Shown: positions 19,501-29,369 of the stretch, one piece after another
How the letters are laid out: each line of letters begins with the position of its first letter
Numbering within the stretch: position 1 is the stretch's first letter
Source: Bacteroidota bacterium
Lineage (GTDB): Bacteria; Bacteroidota; Bacteroidia; Chitinophagales; S012-47
Assembly: GCA_024276745.1 (NCBI GenBank)
Contig: JAJRWN010000093.1
Coordinates: forward strand, 1 to 46,829
DNA: 46,829 nt
Reading direction: 5' to 3'
Position numbers and translations under genes: made by a program
The notes under the pieces: model-generated
Databases searched by the model: none
The model's input: only the letters and a program-made list of their open reading frames with translations
Told to the model about the DNA's origin: nothing

Positions 19501-20023
19501 ACCAAAAGAAAATCTAAAAGTCAGTTTTGCCGGTGTAGTCACCGAATTTAATGAAAGACTGGATAAAAGAGGTCGAAAATTTGGACGTTTCACGGTTGAA
19601 GATAATGGTGCCAGCATAAAACTGGGTATCTTTCGGGAAGATTTTCTAAAATACCGGCACTTACTCGAACCGGGTACACGTGTTTTTATTCAGGCCATTT
19701 ACAAAAAATGGGGCTACAATTCTGAAAATATTAATCTAGATATCAGAGAAGTGATGATGCTCGAAGATTTAAGAGAACGGAAAACCAAATCGGTATCATT
19801 AAGCATCAATCTGAACAGTATTGATGAAAATTTTGTAAATCAATGTGCTAAACTTTTTAAAAAATATAATGGAAAATATCCGGTAAAAATTTCAATATTT
19901 GATCCTGATGAAAGAAAAATTACTTTAAATATGCGTTCTTCCCAACTCACGGTAATGCCCGAAAATGAATTATTCGAACAATTTGATCAGTTTAATGGAG
20001 TGCACTATGAATTGCTATCTTAA
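16538..20023 (+). CDS. dnaE: DNA polymerase III alpha subunit
   Basis: PHP HLHNHTQYSLLDG, GPGRGSAAGS, FERFLNPER, PDIDIDFD, YGFNRSH and a C-terminal OB fold; no intein or fused exonuclease seen. Confidence 0.98.
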   Translation: MPKPTHVPEYCHLHNHTQYSLLDGAANIDLLMQKAVEDNMPAVAITDHGNMFGAMNFYNSAIKNGIKPIIGCEFYFVPDRHKKKFDRINRDERYHQLILAKNAVGYKNISRLSSLGFIEGMYGKYPRIDFELLEKYNEGLIGTTCCAAAIVPRTFLQKGPEAAEQAFLKMWGIFGDDYYIELQRHGSKTFDEDGLNLFLMKMSEKYHVKMIATNDAHYINQDDYLAHDVLLCVETGSDFDAPNRFRFENDQFYFKTRVEMYETFRDIPEALENTMEIVEKINTPSLNHDILLPNYTLPGEFESESKYLRYLSYQGAKKRYGELTTEITERIDYELGVIDKMGFAGYFLIVQDLIRASKKLNVWVGPGRGSAAGSVVAYCTGITNLDPIKYQLLFERFLNPERVNMPDIDIDFDDEGRSKVIDYVIDKYGKNQVAQIVTFGRMAARGSIRDVGRVLKYPLSETGKLAKMVPDDVGMTLEKAVKANPDLRKIKEDGHSEASKVFKLAQRLEGSLRQRGIHAAGVIIAPGDIINSIPVCTAKDSDLLVTQFEGKLVESAGMLKMDFLGLKTLSILKDAIENIKKRNTKAPDLDRLPLDDKKTLELFQKAQTIGIFQFESDGMRKYLKELKPSNLEDLIAMNALYRPGPMKYIPLYIERKSGKAKIEYPHPLLEGILKSTYGIMVFQEQIMQAAQIIAGFSLGSADILRRAMGKKKQSIMQEQELVFIEGAKKNGLDEKQAKEIFAIMAQFAEYGFNRSHSAAYAYLAYQAAYLKANYPAEYMASVLTHNMNDTAKLNFFLNECRQMGITTLGPDINESEGKFIVNQKGEIRYGLSGIKGLGEAAVENIMLEKAENGRFESYYDFVRKVSSRALNKKCVESLAKAGAFDGFNIHRAQFFFIPPGSKYNLIESSLQYAQNIRKQQDKHTLSLFDNSEDAAFQDPLIPDCDEWDSFKLLQLEKEVTGIYLSGDPLEAFELDIKSFCTHPIAQLKPKENLKVSFAGVVTEFNERLDKRGRKFGRFTVEDNGASIKLGIFREDFLKYRHLLEPGTRVFIQAIYKKWGYNSENINLDIREVMMLEDLRERKTKSVSLSINLNSIDENFVNQCAKLFKKYNGKYPVKISIFDPDERKITLNMRSSQLTVMPENELFEQFDQFNGVHYELLS

Positions 20024-20077
20024 ATTGGGAACTTTAAATTTGTATATTGAATTAAAACAAGCATAAAAATATAAATC

Positions 20078-20395
20078 ATGGCTTTAGAATTAACAGATGC
20101 AAACTTTGATCAGGAAGTAATACAATCCGATCAATTGGTAATGGTAGACTTTTGGGCAGTATGGTGTGGCCCCTGCAGAATTGTAGGCCCCATTGTAGAT
20201 GAACTGTCGAAAGATTTTGAAGGAAAAATAAAAGTCGGCAAATTAGATGTTGACCATAATCCAAAAACTGCTGTCAATTTTGGTATAAGAAATATACCTA
20301 CCATACTTTTTTTCAAAAACGGAAAAGTGGTTGACAAACAAGTAGGAGCAGTACCGAAATCAAACCTTGAAAAGAAAATCAATGCTTACTTGTAA
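20078..20395 (+). CDS. trxA: Thioredoxin
   Basis: WCGPC active site, 105 aa. Confidence 0.97.
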   Translation: MALELTDANFDQEVIQSDQLVMVDFWAVWCGPCRIVGPIVDELSKDFEGKIKVGKLDVDHNPKTAVNFGIRNIPTILFFKNGKVVDKQVGAVPKSNLEKKINAYL

Positions 20396-20427
20396 GCAAA
20401 TTTTATTGAACCACTAATATCATTATC

Positions 20428-20464
20428 CGGCCTCCTTACGTTTTAAGGACGGCCGTTTCTTTTT
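20428..20464 (+). terminator. Intrinsic terminator after trxA
   Basis: CGGCC-TCCTTA-cgttt-TAAGGA-c-GGCCG followed by TTTCTTTTT. Confidence 0.7.
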
Positions 20465-20471
20465 ATACACT

Positions 20472-21422
20472 ATGATTACTAATTATCCTGTCTCATTACA
20501 AGATCTTCATCAACTCGATAACCTCGATTTGATTGCCCGACAGGTAGTAGAAGGATTTATTATCGGTATTCATAAAAGCCCTTTTCATGGGTTTTCCGTA
20601 GAATTTGCAGAACATCGTTTGTATAATCCGGGTGAAAGTCTGAGAAGCATCGATTGGAAAGTGTATGCCCGAACCGACAGGATGTATGTAAAGAAATATG
20701 AAGAAGAAACAAACCTAAGATGCCAGCTTGTAATCGATACATCCGCTTCCATGTATTATCCGCTGAATGCCGGTTCAAAAGGACAGGTAGCAGTCAATAA
20801 GCTGAATTTCTCTATTTCATGTGCCGCTTCATTGGCCTATTTGTTCAGGAAACAACGCGATGCTTTCGGGCTTACCCTTTTTTCTGATGAGGTTCATGTT
20901 CATACCAATGCCCGCAGTACGGCCATTCAATACGAATTGCTGCTATCACATTTTAGAAGTATATTGCAAAAAAAACCGGAACAGAAAATTACCCGTCTGG
21001 CCGCTGCTTTGCATCAGGTAGCAGATCATATTCACAAACGTTCGCTGGTTATTATTTTAAGCGATATGTTTGAAAATGTGAGTGTGAATAAGAACAATAA
21101 AAACGAATTGTTTGAAGCCCTTCAACACCTGAAATACAATAAACATGAGGTGATTCTTTTTCACGTAGTTGACCGGAAAAAGGAATTAGCATTTAGCTTT
21201 GACAACCGGCCTTACTTGTTCATTGATATGGAAACGGGCGAAAAGGTAAAACTCAGTTCCAACGAAGTAAGAAAACAATACATCGAACAAGCTTCAGCTT
21301 TCGAAAAACAGCTAAAACTAAAATGCCAGCAATATAAAATTGACTTTATTGCAGCCGATATTAATCATCATTTTAAGCAGGTACTTTTACCCTATTTATT
21401 AAAACGAAGTAAATTAGGCTAA
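20472..21422 (+). CDS. DUF58 / vWA-like protein
   Basis: GIHKSPFHGFSVEFAEHR, IDWK, YEEETN and DTSASM motifs. Confidence 0.9.
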   Translation: MITNYPVSLQDLHQLDNLDLIARQVVEGFIIGIHKSPFHGFSVEFAEHRLYNPGESLRSIDWKVYARTDRMYVKKYEEETNLRCQLVIDTSASMYYPLNAGSKGQVAVNKLNFSISCAASLAYLFRKQRDAFGLTLFSDEVHVHTNARSTAIQYELLLSHFRSILQKKPEQKITRLAAALHQVADHIHKRSLVIILSDMFENVSVNKNNKNELFEALQHLKYNKHEVILFHVVDRKKELAFSFDNRPYLFIDMETGEKVKLSSNEVRKQYIEQASAFEKQLKLKCQQYKIDFIAADINHHFKQVLLPYLLKRSKLG

Positions 21423-21432
21423 TTTTGAAATA

Positions 21433-22257
21433 ATGATTTTCTTCGCTCCTGCCAAAATCAACCTTGGATTGCACGTTTTAAGAAAACGAAGCGATGCATA
21501 TCACGATATAGAAAGTATATTTTATCCTGTAAATTGGTGCGATGCAGTAGAATTGACTACTTCAAAACAAAATCATTTTTCGGTTTACGGAAGGCCGGTT
21601 GATGGAAACGAAAAGGATAATCTGTGTGTAAAAGCCTTTCGGCTGATACAACAAAAATATGACCTGGCAAATGCATCTATCAATCTGCTGAAGAATATAC
21701 CGAGTGGTGCCGGTCTTGGCGGTGCATCGAGCGATGCCGTTGCCATATTGCATCTTTGCAATCAGGTTTTTAATCTGGATTTAAGTCGCGACACCTTGCT
21801 GCATCTGGCCGCTCAGATTGGCTCCGATTGCCCTTTTTTCGTTCATCCCGAAGCAGCCATAATCAGCGGACGGGGCGATTGTATGAAACCCATCCATCTG
21901 CCATTAAAAGGCATGCACCTTCTTATTGTATGGCCCGGTTTTACCCTGTCAACAGCAAATGCCTATGCTCATATCCATCCTGTCGATCAACGAAAACCCA
22001 TTAGTCAAATACTGCAGCAACCCCTCGATCAATGGCAAAATTTATTGCATAATGATTTTGAAAAGACAGCCATTTCGATATGTCCGGAAATCAGCGATAT
22101 AAAAAATATCATGCTGCGTGAAAAAGCAATATTTGCTTCAATGAGTGGCAGTGGATCTTCGGTTTTCGGCCTCTGGAATGAAGCACCCGATATAGATGCC
22201 ATGATAGCCGGGATGAAGGTAAAAAAACAAAATATATTCTATACCAAAATAAGTTAA
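21433..22257 (+). CDS. ispE: 4-diphosphocytidyl-2-C-methyl-D-erythritol kinase
   Basis: APAKINLGL, GAGLGGASSDA, GSDCPFF, NDFE and MSGSGS motifs. Confidence 0.96.
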   Translation: MIFFAPAKINLGLHVLRKRSDAYHDIESIFYPVNWCDAVELTTSKQNHFSVYGRPVDGNEKDNLCVKAFRLIQQKYDLANASINLLKNIPSGAGLGGASSDAVAILHLCNQVFNLDLSRDTLLHLAAQIGSDCPFFVHPEAAIISGRGDCMKPIHLPLKGMHLLIVWPGFTLSTANAYAHIHPVDQRKPISQILQQPLDQWQNLLHNDFEKTAISICPEISDIKNIMLREKAIFASMSGSGSSVFGLWNEAPDIDAMIAGMKVKKQNIFYTKIS

Positions 22258-22279
22258 TATATTGATTTACTGTTGTTTT

Positions 22280-23410
22280 TTACTGTTTTTTGTTAATCAG
22301 GTTTTTGGGGTTTATTTTTTTCAATATTTCAGGGAAAGTAAGATTCTTTTTATCGCTGCCCAAAAGCAGCCCGATAGGCTTCAAAGCATCTACATGGTCA
22401 AAAATAACTTTCACCATGGCCGTAAAAGGAACAAACATAATCATACCACTAATGCCCCAAACTTCGGCTCCGGCCAACAAAGCTATAATGGCTACCAAAG
22501 GATTGATGCTAACCTTCGACCCCACAATATTAGGTGTAATAAAGTTACCTTCTAAAGACTGTATCAAAGTAAAACTTCCGATAACGGCAATAGGTACCCA
22601 AATAGAATCGTACATCGCTAAAGCATAAAGCGTGGGTAGCCACGATCCAATAAATACGCCTACATAAGGAATAATGGTGAGCAAGGCGGCAAAAATGCCA
22701 AAAAACAAAGCATGCTTAATACCGATAATCAGCAAAGCCGAACTATTCAATACTGCAATAATAACAATTACGGTAAGCAATCCGGATAAATAATTTTGAA
22801 TAACCTTTTGAATATGAAAAAGAATAGATGCCACTTTTGCATGTTGGTCATCAGGACTAATGCGGAAGAAAAACTCCTTAAACAAATCGCGATAGTACAA
22901 TATAAAAAACAAGTAAAAAGGCAGAATACCCAATTTGGTAAGGAAACTTGAAGTAGATTGCAAAAGGGAAGGAAAAAATCCTGCACTGGTTTGTAGTAAA
23001 TTATTTAAACCCTTGCTTAACCAATCAATCTGTAAATCTTTAGAGACCTCAAAATGTTGCTCAATAAATAATTGCAAAGCAGCAATACTATGCTGCAAAC
23101 GATTTGTGATTTCAGGAATTTCATCAGAGAATCCAATCAATTCATTGGTAAGCACAAAACCAATAGCACCTAATGCAATAATCACCAATACGATGGCAAT
23201 AATAATGGCAATAGCACGAGGAATTTGCTTTGATTCCAACCATTTTGCCAAAGGATAAAGCAGCAAAGCCAAAAGCAGGGAAAAGGCCAGAGGTACTAAT
23301 AAATTTCCGGCAACTTGAAGGGCATAAAAAAACAAAATCAAGCCTAAAAGGATTATTGTAAATTTGGCGTATGCAGGCCATTGATGACTATTGTAATCTT
23401 CTTTGCTCAT
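22280..23410 (-). CDS. AI-2E family transporter (start probably MSKED at 23410)
   Basis: Multiple TM segments; IPYVG, Q..EGNFITP.IVG and WGISGM..FVP motifs. Confidence 0.9.
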   Translation of the reverse strand: MSKEDYNSHQWPAYAKFTIILLGLILFFYALQVAGNLLVPLAFSLLLALLLYPLAKWLESKQIPRAIAIIIAIVLVIIALGAIGFVLTNELIGFSDEIPEITNRLQHSIAALQLFIEQHFEVSKDLQIDWLSKGLNNLLQTSAGFFPSLLQSTSSFLTKLGILPFYLFFILYYRDLFKEFFFRISPDDQHAKVASILFHIQKVIQNYLSGLLTVIVIIAVLNSSALLIIGIKHALFFGIFAALLTIIPYVGVFIGSWLPTLYALAMYDSIWVPIAVIGSFTLIQSLEGNFITPNIVGSKVSINPLVAIIALLAGAEVWGISGMIMFVPFTAMVKVIFDHVDALKPIGLLLGSDKKNLTFPEILKKINPKNLINKKQ

Positions 23411-23449
23411 GATGACCGGTAAAATTAGAAAAATAATTCGCACCCTGAG

Positions 23450-24232
23450 ATGAAATTAAATTATAAAGAATTTGGCAACCGTCATGAACATACTTTAGTG
23501 ATTCTTCACGGATTATTAGGCAGCCTCGACAATTGGCAAAGTTTAGCTAAAAGATTTTCGACACAGTATCATGTCATTACTGTTGATCAGCGCAACCACG
23601 GAAAATCACCTCATCATCCATCGATGAGTTACGAGATTTTAGCCCATGATTTGCTGGAGTTTCTTGATGATTTAAAATTGGATTCGGTTGTGCTCTTGGG
23701 GCATTCAATGGGCGGAAAAGTATGCATGCAATTTGCACTGCACCATCCCGGGCGGGTTGAAAAAATGATTATTGTTGATGTTGCACCAAAAGCTTATGCA
23801 CGGGGCCACGACCATATTTTTGCAGCTTTGTTTGCCGTTGATCTGGAGAAAATAAATGCCAGAAATGATGCTCGCAACATGATGAAAAAATATATCCCAC
23901 AGGAAGCTGTTATGCAGTTTTTATTAAAAAATCTGAAACGGTCTTCTAAAGGGACTTGGTCATGGAAAGCCAATATTACCATACTGCATCAATTCTATAA
24001 CGAAATCAGCGGACCGATTCAATGCGATTGGCCTTTCAACAATCCGGTATTATTCATCAAAGGTGCTCTTTCAAACTATATCAGCGATGAAGATGAAGCA
24101 AACATAGCCAACATCTTTCCCAAAAGTACATTAATCTCTATTCCTAATACGGGTCATTGGGTGCATGCCGAAGCACCCGATGAGGTTTTTAAACTGGTTT
24201 CGCAATTCATTAATTCAAATAATAATTGTTAA
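23450..24232 (+). CDS. Alpha/beta hydrolase (YbfF-like esterase)
   Basis: HGLLGS, DQRNHG.S, GHSMGG nucleophile elbow and GHWVHAE. Confidence 0.92.
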   Translation: MKLNYKEFGNRHEHTLVILHGLLGSLDNWQSLAKRFSTQYHVITVDQRNHGKSPHHPSMSYEILAHDLLEFLDDLKLDSVVLLGHSMGGKVCMQFALHHPGRVEKMIIVDVAPKAYARGHDHIFAALFAVDLEKINARNDARNMMKKYIPQEAVMQFLLKNLKRSSKGTWSWKANITILHQFYNEISGPIQCDWPFNNPVLFIKGALSNYISDEDEANIANIFPKSTLISIPNTGHWVHAEAPDEVFKLVSQFINSNNNC

Positions 24233-24284
24233 TCTTATTCAAAATTATTAACTTAATCTTTTCAAAATCAGGTGTTGAATAGCT

Positions 24285-25367
24285 ATGCTGATTCATTTTA
24301 TACAAATTGTCTTTTGGAACCTGGCTACTCTTCCTATGGCTTTTTTGCCCACACTAACACCTCATGTCACCCAACTCACTGATAATCTGTTTAACGATGA
24401 GCGCCCAGTGATTGCAAATCATACTATTTTTTGGCAACAAGCTGATGGAGTCATTATTTCCTACGATATAAACCGGGCTTATGCCCATGAATTCATACAA
24501 ATTCCTGCCTCTTCTTATTTTGCGATTGATGCCGAAACCATGGTATGGCAACAAAAAGAAAACAAACAAGATTTTATTTATTTTGCTTCTACTGAAAATG
24601 CCGGATTATACCGGATTGCTGCCGGTGGCGATTTGGTACAAAACCCTCAAATCAAACGGCAGAGGCTTACCTGGTGTGTAAGCCATAATGATGAATATAT
24701 CCTTTGCCTGCTCAATCTGAAAAATCAAAAAATCAGACGTATTCACTTAAACCAAAGCGATCAGCCCGCCACTTGTCTTGGCTCCAGATTTCTTGCCTAC
24801 AGTGCAATCGATCAGGGGCAACATCAGATAAAAATCATGGATATTCGCAACGGTAATATAAAAACTATCAGTAATCCCGGTTTTCGCAATGGCAAACCCT
24901 TCTGTCAAGGTATGCGTGTAAGCTGGGAAGCTTATGACGGGCACGACTATGAAATTTTCTGTTATGACGATTATACCGGTTGTACCTACCGGGTAACCGA
25001 CAATGAATTTGATGATTTGAACCCCCGTTTAAGCCATGATATGCTTAGTTGGATGCAGGTAAATAAGCACGAAAACAATATTGCATTGATGGAATTAGAA
25101 AACATGACATTAAAATTCCTGAAAGTAAATAAGCTTCAAGGAAAATATTTTACAATGGATGATGACTTTGTAGTATGGGTGAATGAATCCGGCAATAATA
25201 AGCGGTTGCAAATCTATGATATAACGGCTCAATCTTACCGTCAATTAGCCAATTACGATTGCTCTAATGCACATCCTTATTTACTCAATCACCTTATTGT
25301 ATGGCAAGGTTTCGATGGTACAGACGATGAAATATTTTGTTGCCGGCTTGAAACAACATCAGACTAA
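24285..25367 (+). CDS. Stand-alone beta-propeller repeat protein (TolB-like)
   Basis: About 38-40-aa repeats with P-x-I...V-W...DG-x-D-x-EIF (WEAYDGHDYEIF, WQGFDGTDDEIF, LTDN/VTDN). Confidence 0.65.
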   Translation: MLIHFIQIVFWNLATLPMAFLPTLTPHVTQLTDNLFNDERPVIANHTIFWQQADGVIISYDINRAYAHEFIQIPASSYFAIDAETMVWQQKENKQDFIYFASTENAGLYRIAAGGDLVQNPQIKRQRLTWCVSHNDEYILCLLNLKNQKIRRIHLNQSDQPATCLGSRFLAYSAIDQGQHQIKIMDIRNGNIKTISNPGFRNGKPFCQGMRVSWEAYDGHDYEIFCYDDYTGCTYRVTDNEFDDLNPRLSHDMLSWMQVNKHENNIALMELENMTLKFLKVNKLQGKYFTMDDDFVVWVNESGNNKRLQIYDITAQSYRQLANYDCSNAHPYLLNHLIVWQGFDGTDDEIFCCRLETTSD

Positions 25368-27791
25368 TATTCTGAAAGTCAGATTGAAATTACGGCCTGC
25401 TGCACTGATACCCGAAGAAAAGGGACGATAATGCAAATCGAACAAGTTTTCAGCATTAAACTGAACATTTATGCTTTGGTTGATTTGTAATGAATTGCGC
25501 CAGTTCAGGGTAATCCAGCGAGGTGTACCGTCTATGGTAGCTTCATCCAGATTATCTTCTGATGAAGGAGCATAATCTTTACGTTTTTTCCAAAAATTAT
25601 ATTGACTAAAAAGTTCAGATCTGAATTTTTTCCACGTATAAGTGAGGCTTAATCTTCCATAAACAGGAGGAATATGAGCCATAGGCTGAGCATCGCTTAC
25701 ATTAAATCCTTTGGTATAATTAATATTACCCATAAAGGAGATATATTTACTGATATCGGCTTCAAGATTGACAGAAAAGCCATAAATATGAGCCCGCTCG
25801 GCATTTACATTGGCCTGTATCGGATAATATTCACCATCATACCAAACCGTATCCGTGCCGTTGAGTGTAAAATCCTGTCTTACAATAGCATCGGTGAGCA
25901 GGGTATAGAAAAGACTTGAATTTATTGAAAGAAAACCATCAAATGATTTTCTCAGTCCTATTTCCGCATTATAGGCATACTCAGGTTTTAAATGATCGTT
26001 TGGAACTACAACAATTCCGTTTTTTTCAAATACTTTTCCAAAATCATCCACATTGGGAGATTTAAAACCGGAGGAAAGCAAGATATTGAGTTTCCAGTTT
26101 TCGTTTGGATTCCAAACCATATCTACACTACCGGTAAGTGCACCACTACCCAAAAAAACATCGGTAAACGGAAATTGATAGAAAGTAGTATCGGTAAATA
26201 CCGATTCCAGATCGATATAAGAATAACGGGTACCTCCTGAAACCACCAGGTTTTCGTTAAAGAAATGTTTGTATTTAAAGAAAAGCGATGCACCGTCCAT
26301 TTCGCTTCCACCATCGGGATAGCGGGTTGAAGCAGCAGCAATAGATTGATTCAATATATTTTTACGGTATGCTTTTGATGCCACTATATTGCTAAAAATT
26401 TCACCTCCGTAAATGATGCGGCCATTATGATACATTTTTTTATTAAAATCGAAATTCACCGATAACACCGATACATCTTCTTCGCGGTGAATTTCATCAG
26501 GCTTATCGAATTTTCTGCTAATCCGGTCTTCGTTTAAGCGCTGATAAGCAATGATGATGTTCGACTCATCGAACCATGCATTCCGGGGTGCATAGTTTAG
26601 TGTAAAAGAACTAATCAGCCATTTTTGAGGTCCATAGTGCCAATCGCCATATTTGGGCATATTGTTTTTAGTATCAGTCAGTTTATCATATCGATCAATG
26701 TTTGAAGTATTCGAATAGTAGAAGTTAAGACCAAAACGGATTTTATCATCCGGTTGAAATTTTAATCTTTCCATTAGATTCAATTGCCGGTATCCGCTAT
26801 ATCGCTGTATCCAATTCTTATTATTCAAGTACACCGAATCGATATGGCTGCCTTTTGAGGGACCGGCATACCAATTTCTTTTTCCAAAATCAGGATAATC
26901 CGGAAGATGATTTCTGCCTGATTTTATATTTCCAAAATCGGAATAAGATACCGAAGTGCGTGCAGCAAATTTTTTACCGGCCAGATTAAAATCAAAATGC
27001 GATGATTTTTCAGCATTAGCCGTACCGAAGCGGGTAAAAGCATTGGCACTTACTTTGGTTACTTTTTCTTGTTCGTCAAGCAATTTGGGTTTCAAGGTAA
27101 TAAAATGCATCACTCCTCCGAGTGCATCACTTCCATAGATTAAAGAACCGGGGCCATAAACCACTTCGGCTCTTTCGAGTGAAGCAGGATCGATGCTTAT
27201 GACATTTTGCAAATGGCCGCTACGGAATATTGCATTGTTCAGTCTGATGCCGTCCATTACCAATAATACTTTATTGGCTTCAAATCCCCGGATGACCGGA
27301 CTGCCTCCTCCACCCTGACTTTTTTGTACAAATACATCACCCGTATAAGAAAGCATATCGGCAGCGGTGCCCGGATTCTGAAAGGCTATTTCAGTGGCCG
27401 GTATCATGTCGATTTTATTAGACAGGTTTTTTACAGATTCAGGAATTTTTTCTGCACTGATTACCGTTTCTTCCAAATGAATTTTTTTCTCAACCAGAAA
27501 AATTTCAAAATTCAATCTTCTTAACATACTAAATGGCAAACGTTCGGAATGAAAGGCCGTATGCCGGATAATCAAGGTATCGTCAAGCCGCATACCGCTA
27601 ATATCGGCTTTACCGTTATCCCGGCTGAGTGTATTGACAATCCCACTTGTGCTTTGAATAGTAGCATGTGCTATAGGTTGTAAGGTACTTAAACTATATA
27701 CTCTGATATATTGAGCCTGAGCCGGAGAGGATAAGACAACAAGAAAATTGAGCCATATAAACCAAGCCAGAATAAGTTTTCCTACTTGCAC
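25359..27791 (-). CDS. TonB-dependent receptor (often annotated hemoglobin/transferrin/lactoferrin type)
   Basis: QKSQGGGGSPVIRGFEANKVLLVMDG plug, GPGSLIYGSDALGG, GFKSPN and ENLFD motifs. Confidence 0.92.
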   Translation of the reverse strand: MQVGKLILAWFIWLNFLVVLSSPAQAQYIRVYSLSTLQPIAHATIQSTSGIVNTLSRDNGKADISGMRLDDTLIIRHTAFHSERLPFSMLRRLNFEIFLVEKKIHLEETVISAEKIPESVKNLSNKIDMIPATEIAFQNPGTAADMLSYTGDVFVQKSQGGGGSPVIRGFEANKVLLVMDGIRLNNAIFRSGHLQNVISIDPASLERAEVVYGPGSLIYGSDALGGVMHFITLKPKLLDEQEKVTKVSANAFTRFGTANAEKSSHFDFNLAGKKFAARTSVSYSDFGNIKSGRNHLPDYPDFGKRNWYAGPSKGSHIDSVYLNNKNWIQRYSGYRQLNLMERLKFQPDDKIRFGLNFYYSNTSNIDRYDKLTDTKNNMPKYGDWHYGPQKWLISSFTLNYAPRNAWFDESNIIIAYQRLNEDRISRKFDKPDEIHREEDVSVLSVNFDFNKKMYHNGRIIYGGEIFSNIVASKAYRKNILNQSIAAASTRYPDGGSEMDGASLFFKYKHFFNENLVVSGGTRYSYIDLESVFTDTTFYQFPFTDVFLGSGALTGSVDMVWNPNENWKLNILLSSGFKSPNVDDFGKVFEKNGIVVVPNDHLKPEYAYNAEIGLRKSFDGFLSINSSLFYTLLTDAIVRQDFTLNGTDTVWYDGEYYPIQANVNAERAHIYGFSVNLEADISKYISFMGNINYTKGFNVSDAQPMAHIPPVYGRLSLTYTWKKFRSELFSQYNFWKKRKDYAPSSEDNLDEATIDGTPRWITLNWRNSLQINQSINVQFNAENLFDLHYRPFSSGISAAGRNFNLTFRILV

Positions 27792-27807
27792 AAAAATAAA
27801 TTTGGTT

Positions 27808-29325
27808 TCATATTATCTTCTGCTTCGATTTTGGCAGTAAAATCCGGATGATTGTACCTTTACCGGGGCTTGAGCTTTCTACAAAAATTTTGCCAGAATG
27901 ATATTCTCTTACAATTCTTTTTGTCAATGATAAACCCAGTCCCCAACCTCTTTGCTTGGTGCTAAATCCAGGCTGGAATATGGTTTTAAATTTAGACTTA
28001 CTAATTCCTTTCCCGGTATCCTGAACATCGATATAAATATGATTGCCTTTAATACCGGCAATTACAGTAATACTGCCTTTCCCTGACATGGCATCCAGAC
28101 TGTTTTTAATTAAATTTTCGAGTACCCACATAAATAGCGGAGGACTTACCGCAGCAGGCAACTGATTGCCATCGGGCAAATGGAGTGATAATTCAATATT
28201 ATTCGAAATTCTTTTGCTGAAATAGGCAATACTTTCCTTAATAAGCAATGATAGATTTTGGGTTTCAAGAATAGGTGCTGATCCGATTTTTGAAAAACGA
28301 TCGGTAATGACCTCCAATCGTAACATATCTTTTGCCATTTCATTAACCCATTCCTCATTCACCTGATGGTCTTTCATGATTTCCATCCAACCAGCTAGAG
28401 AAGATATAGGGGTTCCCAGTTGATGCGCTGTTTCTTTGGCCATGCCTACCCATACCTGATTTTGCTCGATTTTCCGGGAAGTACTGAAAGCATAGTAAGC
28501 AATTAAGAGAAAAAGACCAATAATGGCAAACTGTACAATTGGATAGAAACGGACCTGTTTTAATAAATAAGAATTTCTATAATAGGCATAGTTTACATTT
28601 CCATCGCCCAGGTCAATCTCGATTGGGTTGTTTTCAGATTCCATGCTCGAAAGCATATTTTCGAGATAATCCTTTTGTTTTACTTTCGCTGAATCAATAT
28701 TTCCCCAGGAAAGCACTTTTTTATTTTTATCGGTAAATATGACCGGCACCGATGCTGAATTAATCACAATTTCAGAAATAAATGAATTAATCAATTCATC
28801 GAGTGTGGAACGAAGGTCGGTGAAGAGTCGTGAATCACGATAGTATATTTCATTTTTCCAACCTTTGCTTTCTACCTCTATCGGTTCGTATTGTGTGAAT
28901 TGCTTTTTCAATTTTTCGGTTAAGGTATCGGCATCGTTCAGCCATTGTTCATCTACATTTCTGGATGCAATGATATGGGCTTTATCATCGGTTAAAATAA
29001 CCGGTACGGTTTCATTATCCTGTACCACGGCAAAGGCAAAATAATCAATTTCTTCGCTTTCTATGAGTCTGCGGGTAGCATTGGCCCAAAGGATTACCTT
29101 ATTTTTTTCTTCTCTTCTGAGCCGGTCGAACAATTGGGAGGTGATACGCAATAAGCGGGCTTTATTTTGAGTGGCTTCGGCCCAAATCCGTACTTTTTGT
29201 TTTTCTTCAGAACCTATCCGTTTAGCCAGCAAGCTGGTGTACCAAAGCGAACCACCAACTATGACGGCTGCCACAGCAATCAGCCAAAGTTTCCAGCGAT
29301 ATTTTCTTGTATAATTATCAGCCAT
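27808..29325 (-). CDS. Orphan membrane sensor histidine kinase (PorY-like family)
   Basis: Two TM segments; H-box KETAHQLGTP; N-box ENLIKNSLDA; DTGKG; FQPGFSTK; GWGLGL. Confidence 0.9.
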   Translation of the reverse strand: MADNYTRKYRWKLWLIAVAAVIVGGSLWYTSLLAKRIGSEEKQKVRIWAEATQNKARLLRITSQLFDRLRREEKNKVILWANATRRLIESEEIDYFAFAVVQDNETVPVILTDDKAHIIASRNVDEQWLNDADTLTEKLKKQFTQYEPIEVESKGWKNEIYYRDSRLFTDLRSTLDELINSFISEIVINSASVPVIFTDKNKKVLSWGNIDSAKVKQKDYLENMLSSMESENNPIEIDLGDGNVNYAYYRNSYLLKQVRFYPIVQFAIIGLFLLIAYYAFSTSRKIEQNQVWVGMAKETAHQLGTPISSLAGWMEIMKDHQVNEEWVNEMAKDMLRLEVITDRFSKIGSAPILETQNLSLLIKESIAYFSKRISNNIELSLHLPDGNQLPAAVSPPLFMWVLENLIKNSLDAMSGKGSITVIAGIKGNHIYIDVQDTGKGISKSKFKTIFQPGFSTKQRGWGLGLSLTKRIVREYHSGKIFVESSSPGKGTIIRILLPKSKQKII

Positions 29326-29369
29326 CTATTGTTTCAAAGATAATCAATTGAATATTTGTTAAAGGCTAC

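Noticed and set aside
16538-20023. Intein, split or fused exonuclease in dnaE
   Set aside because: Normal length and continuous motifs; no intein signature.
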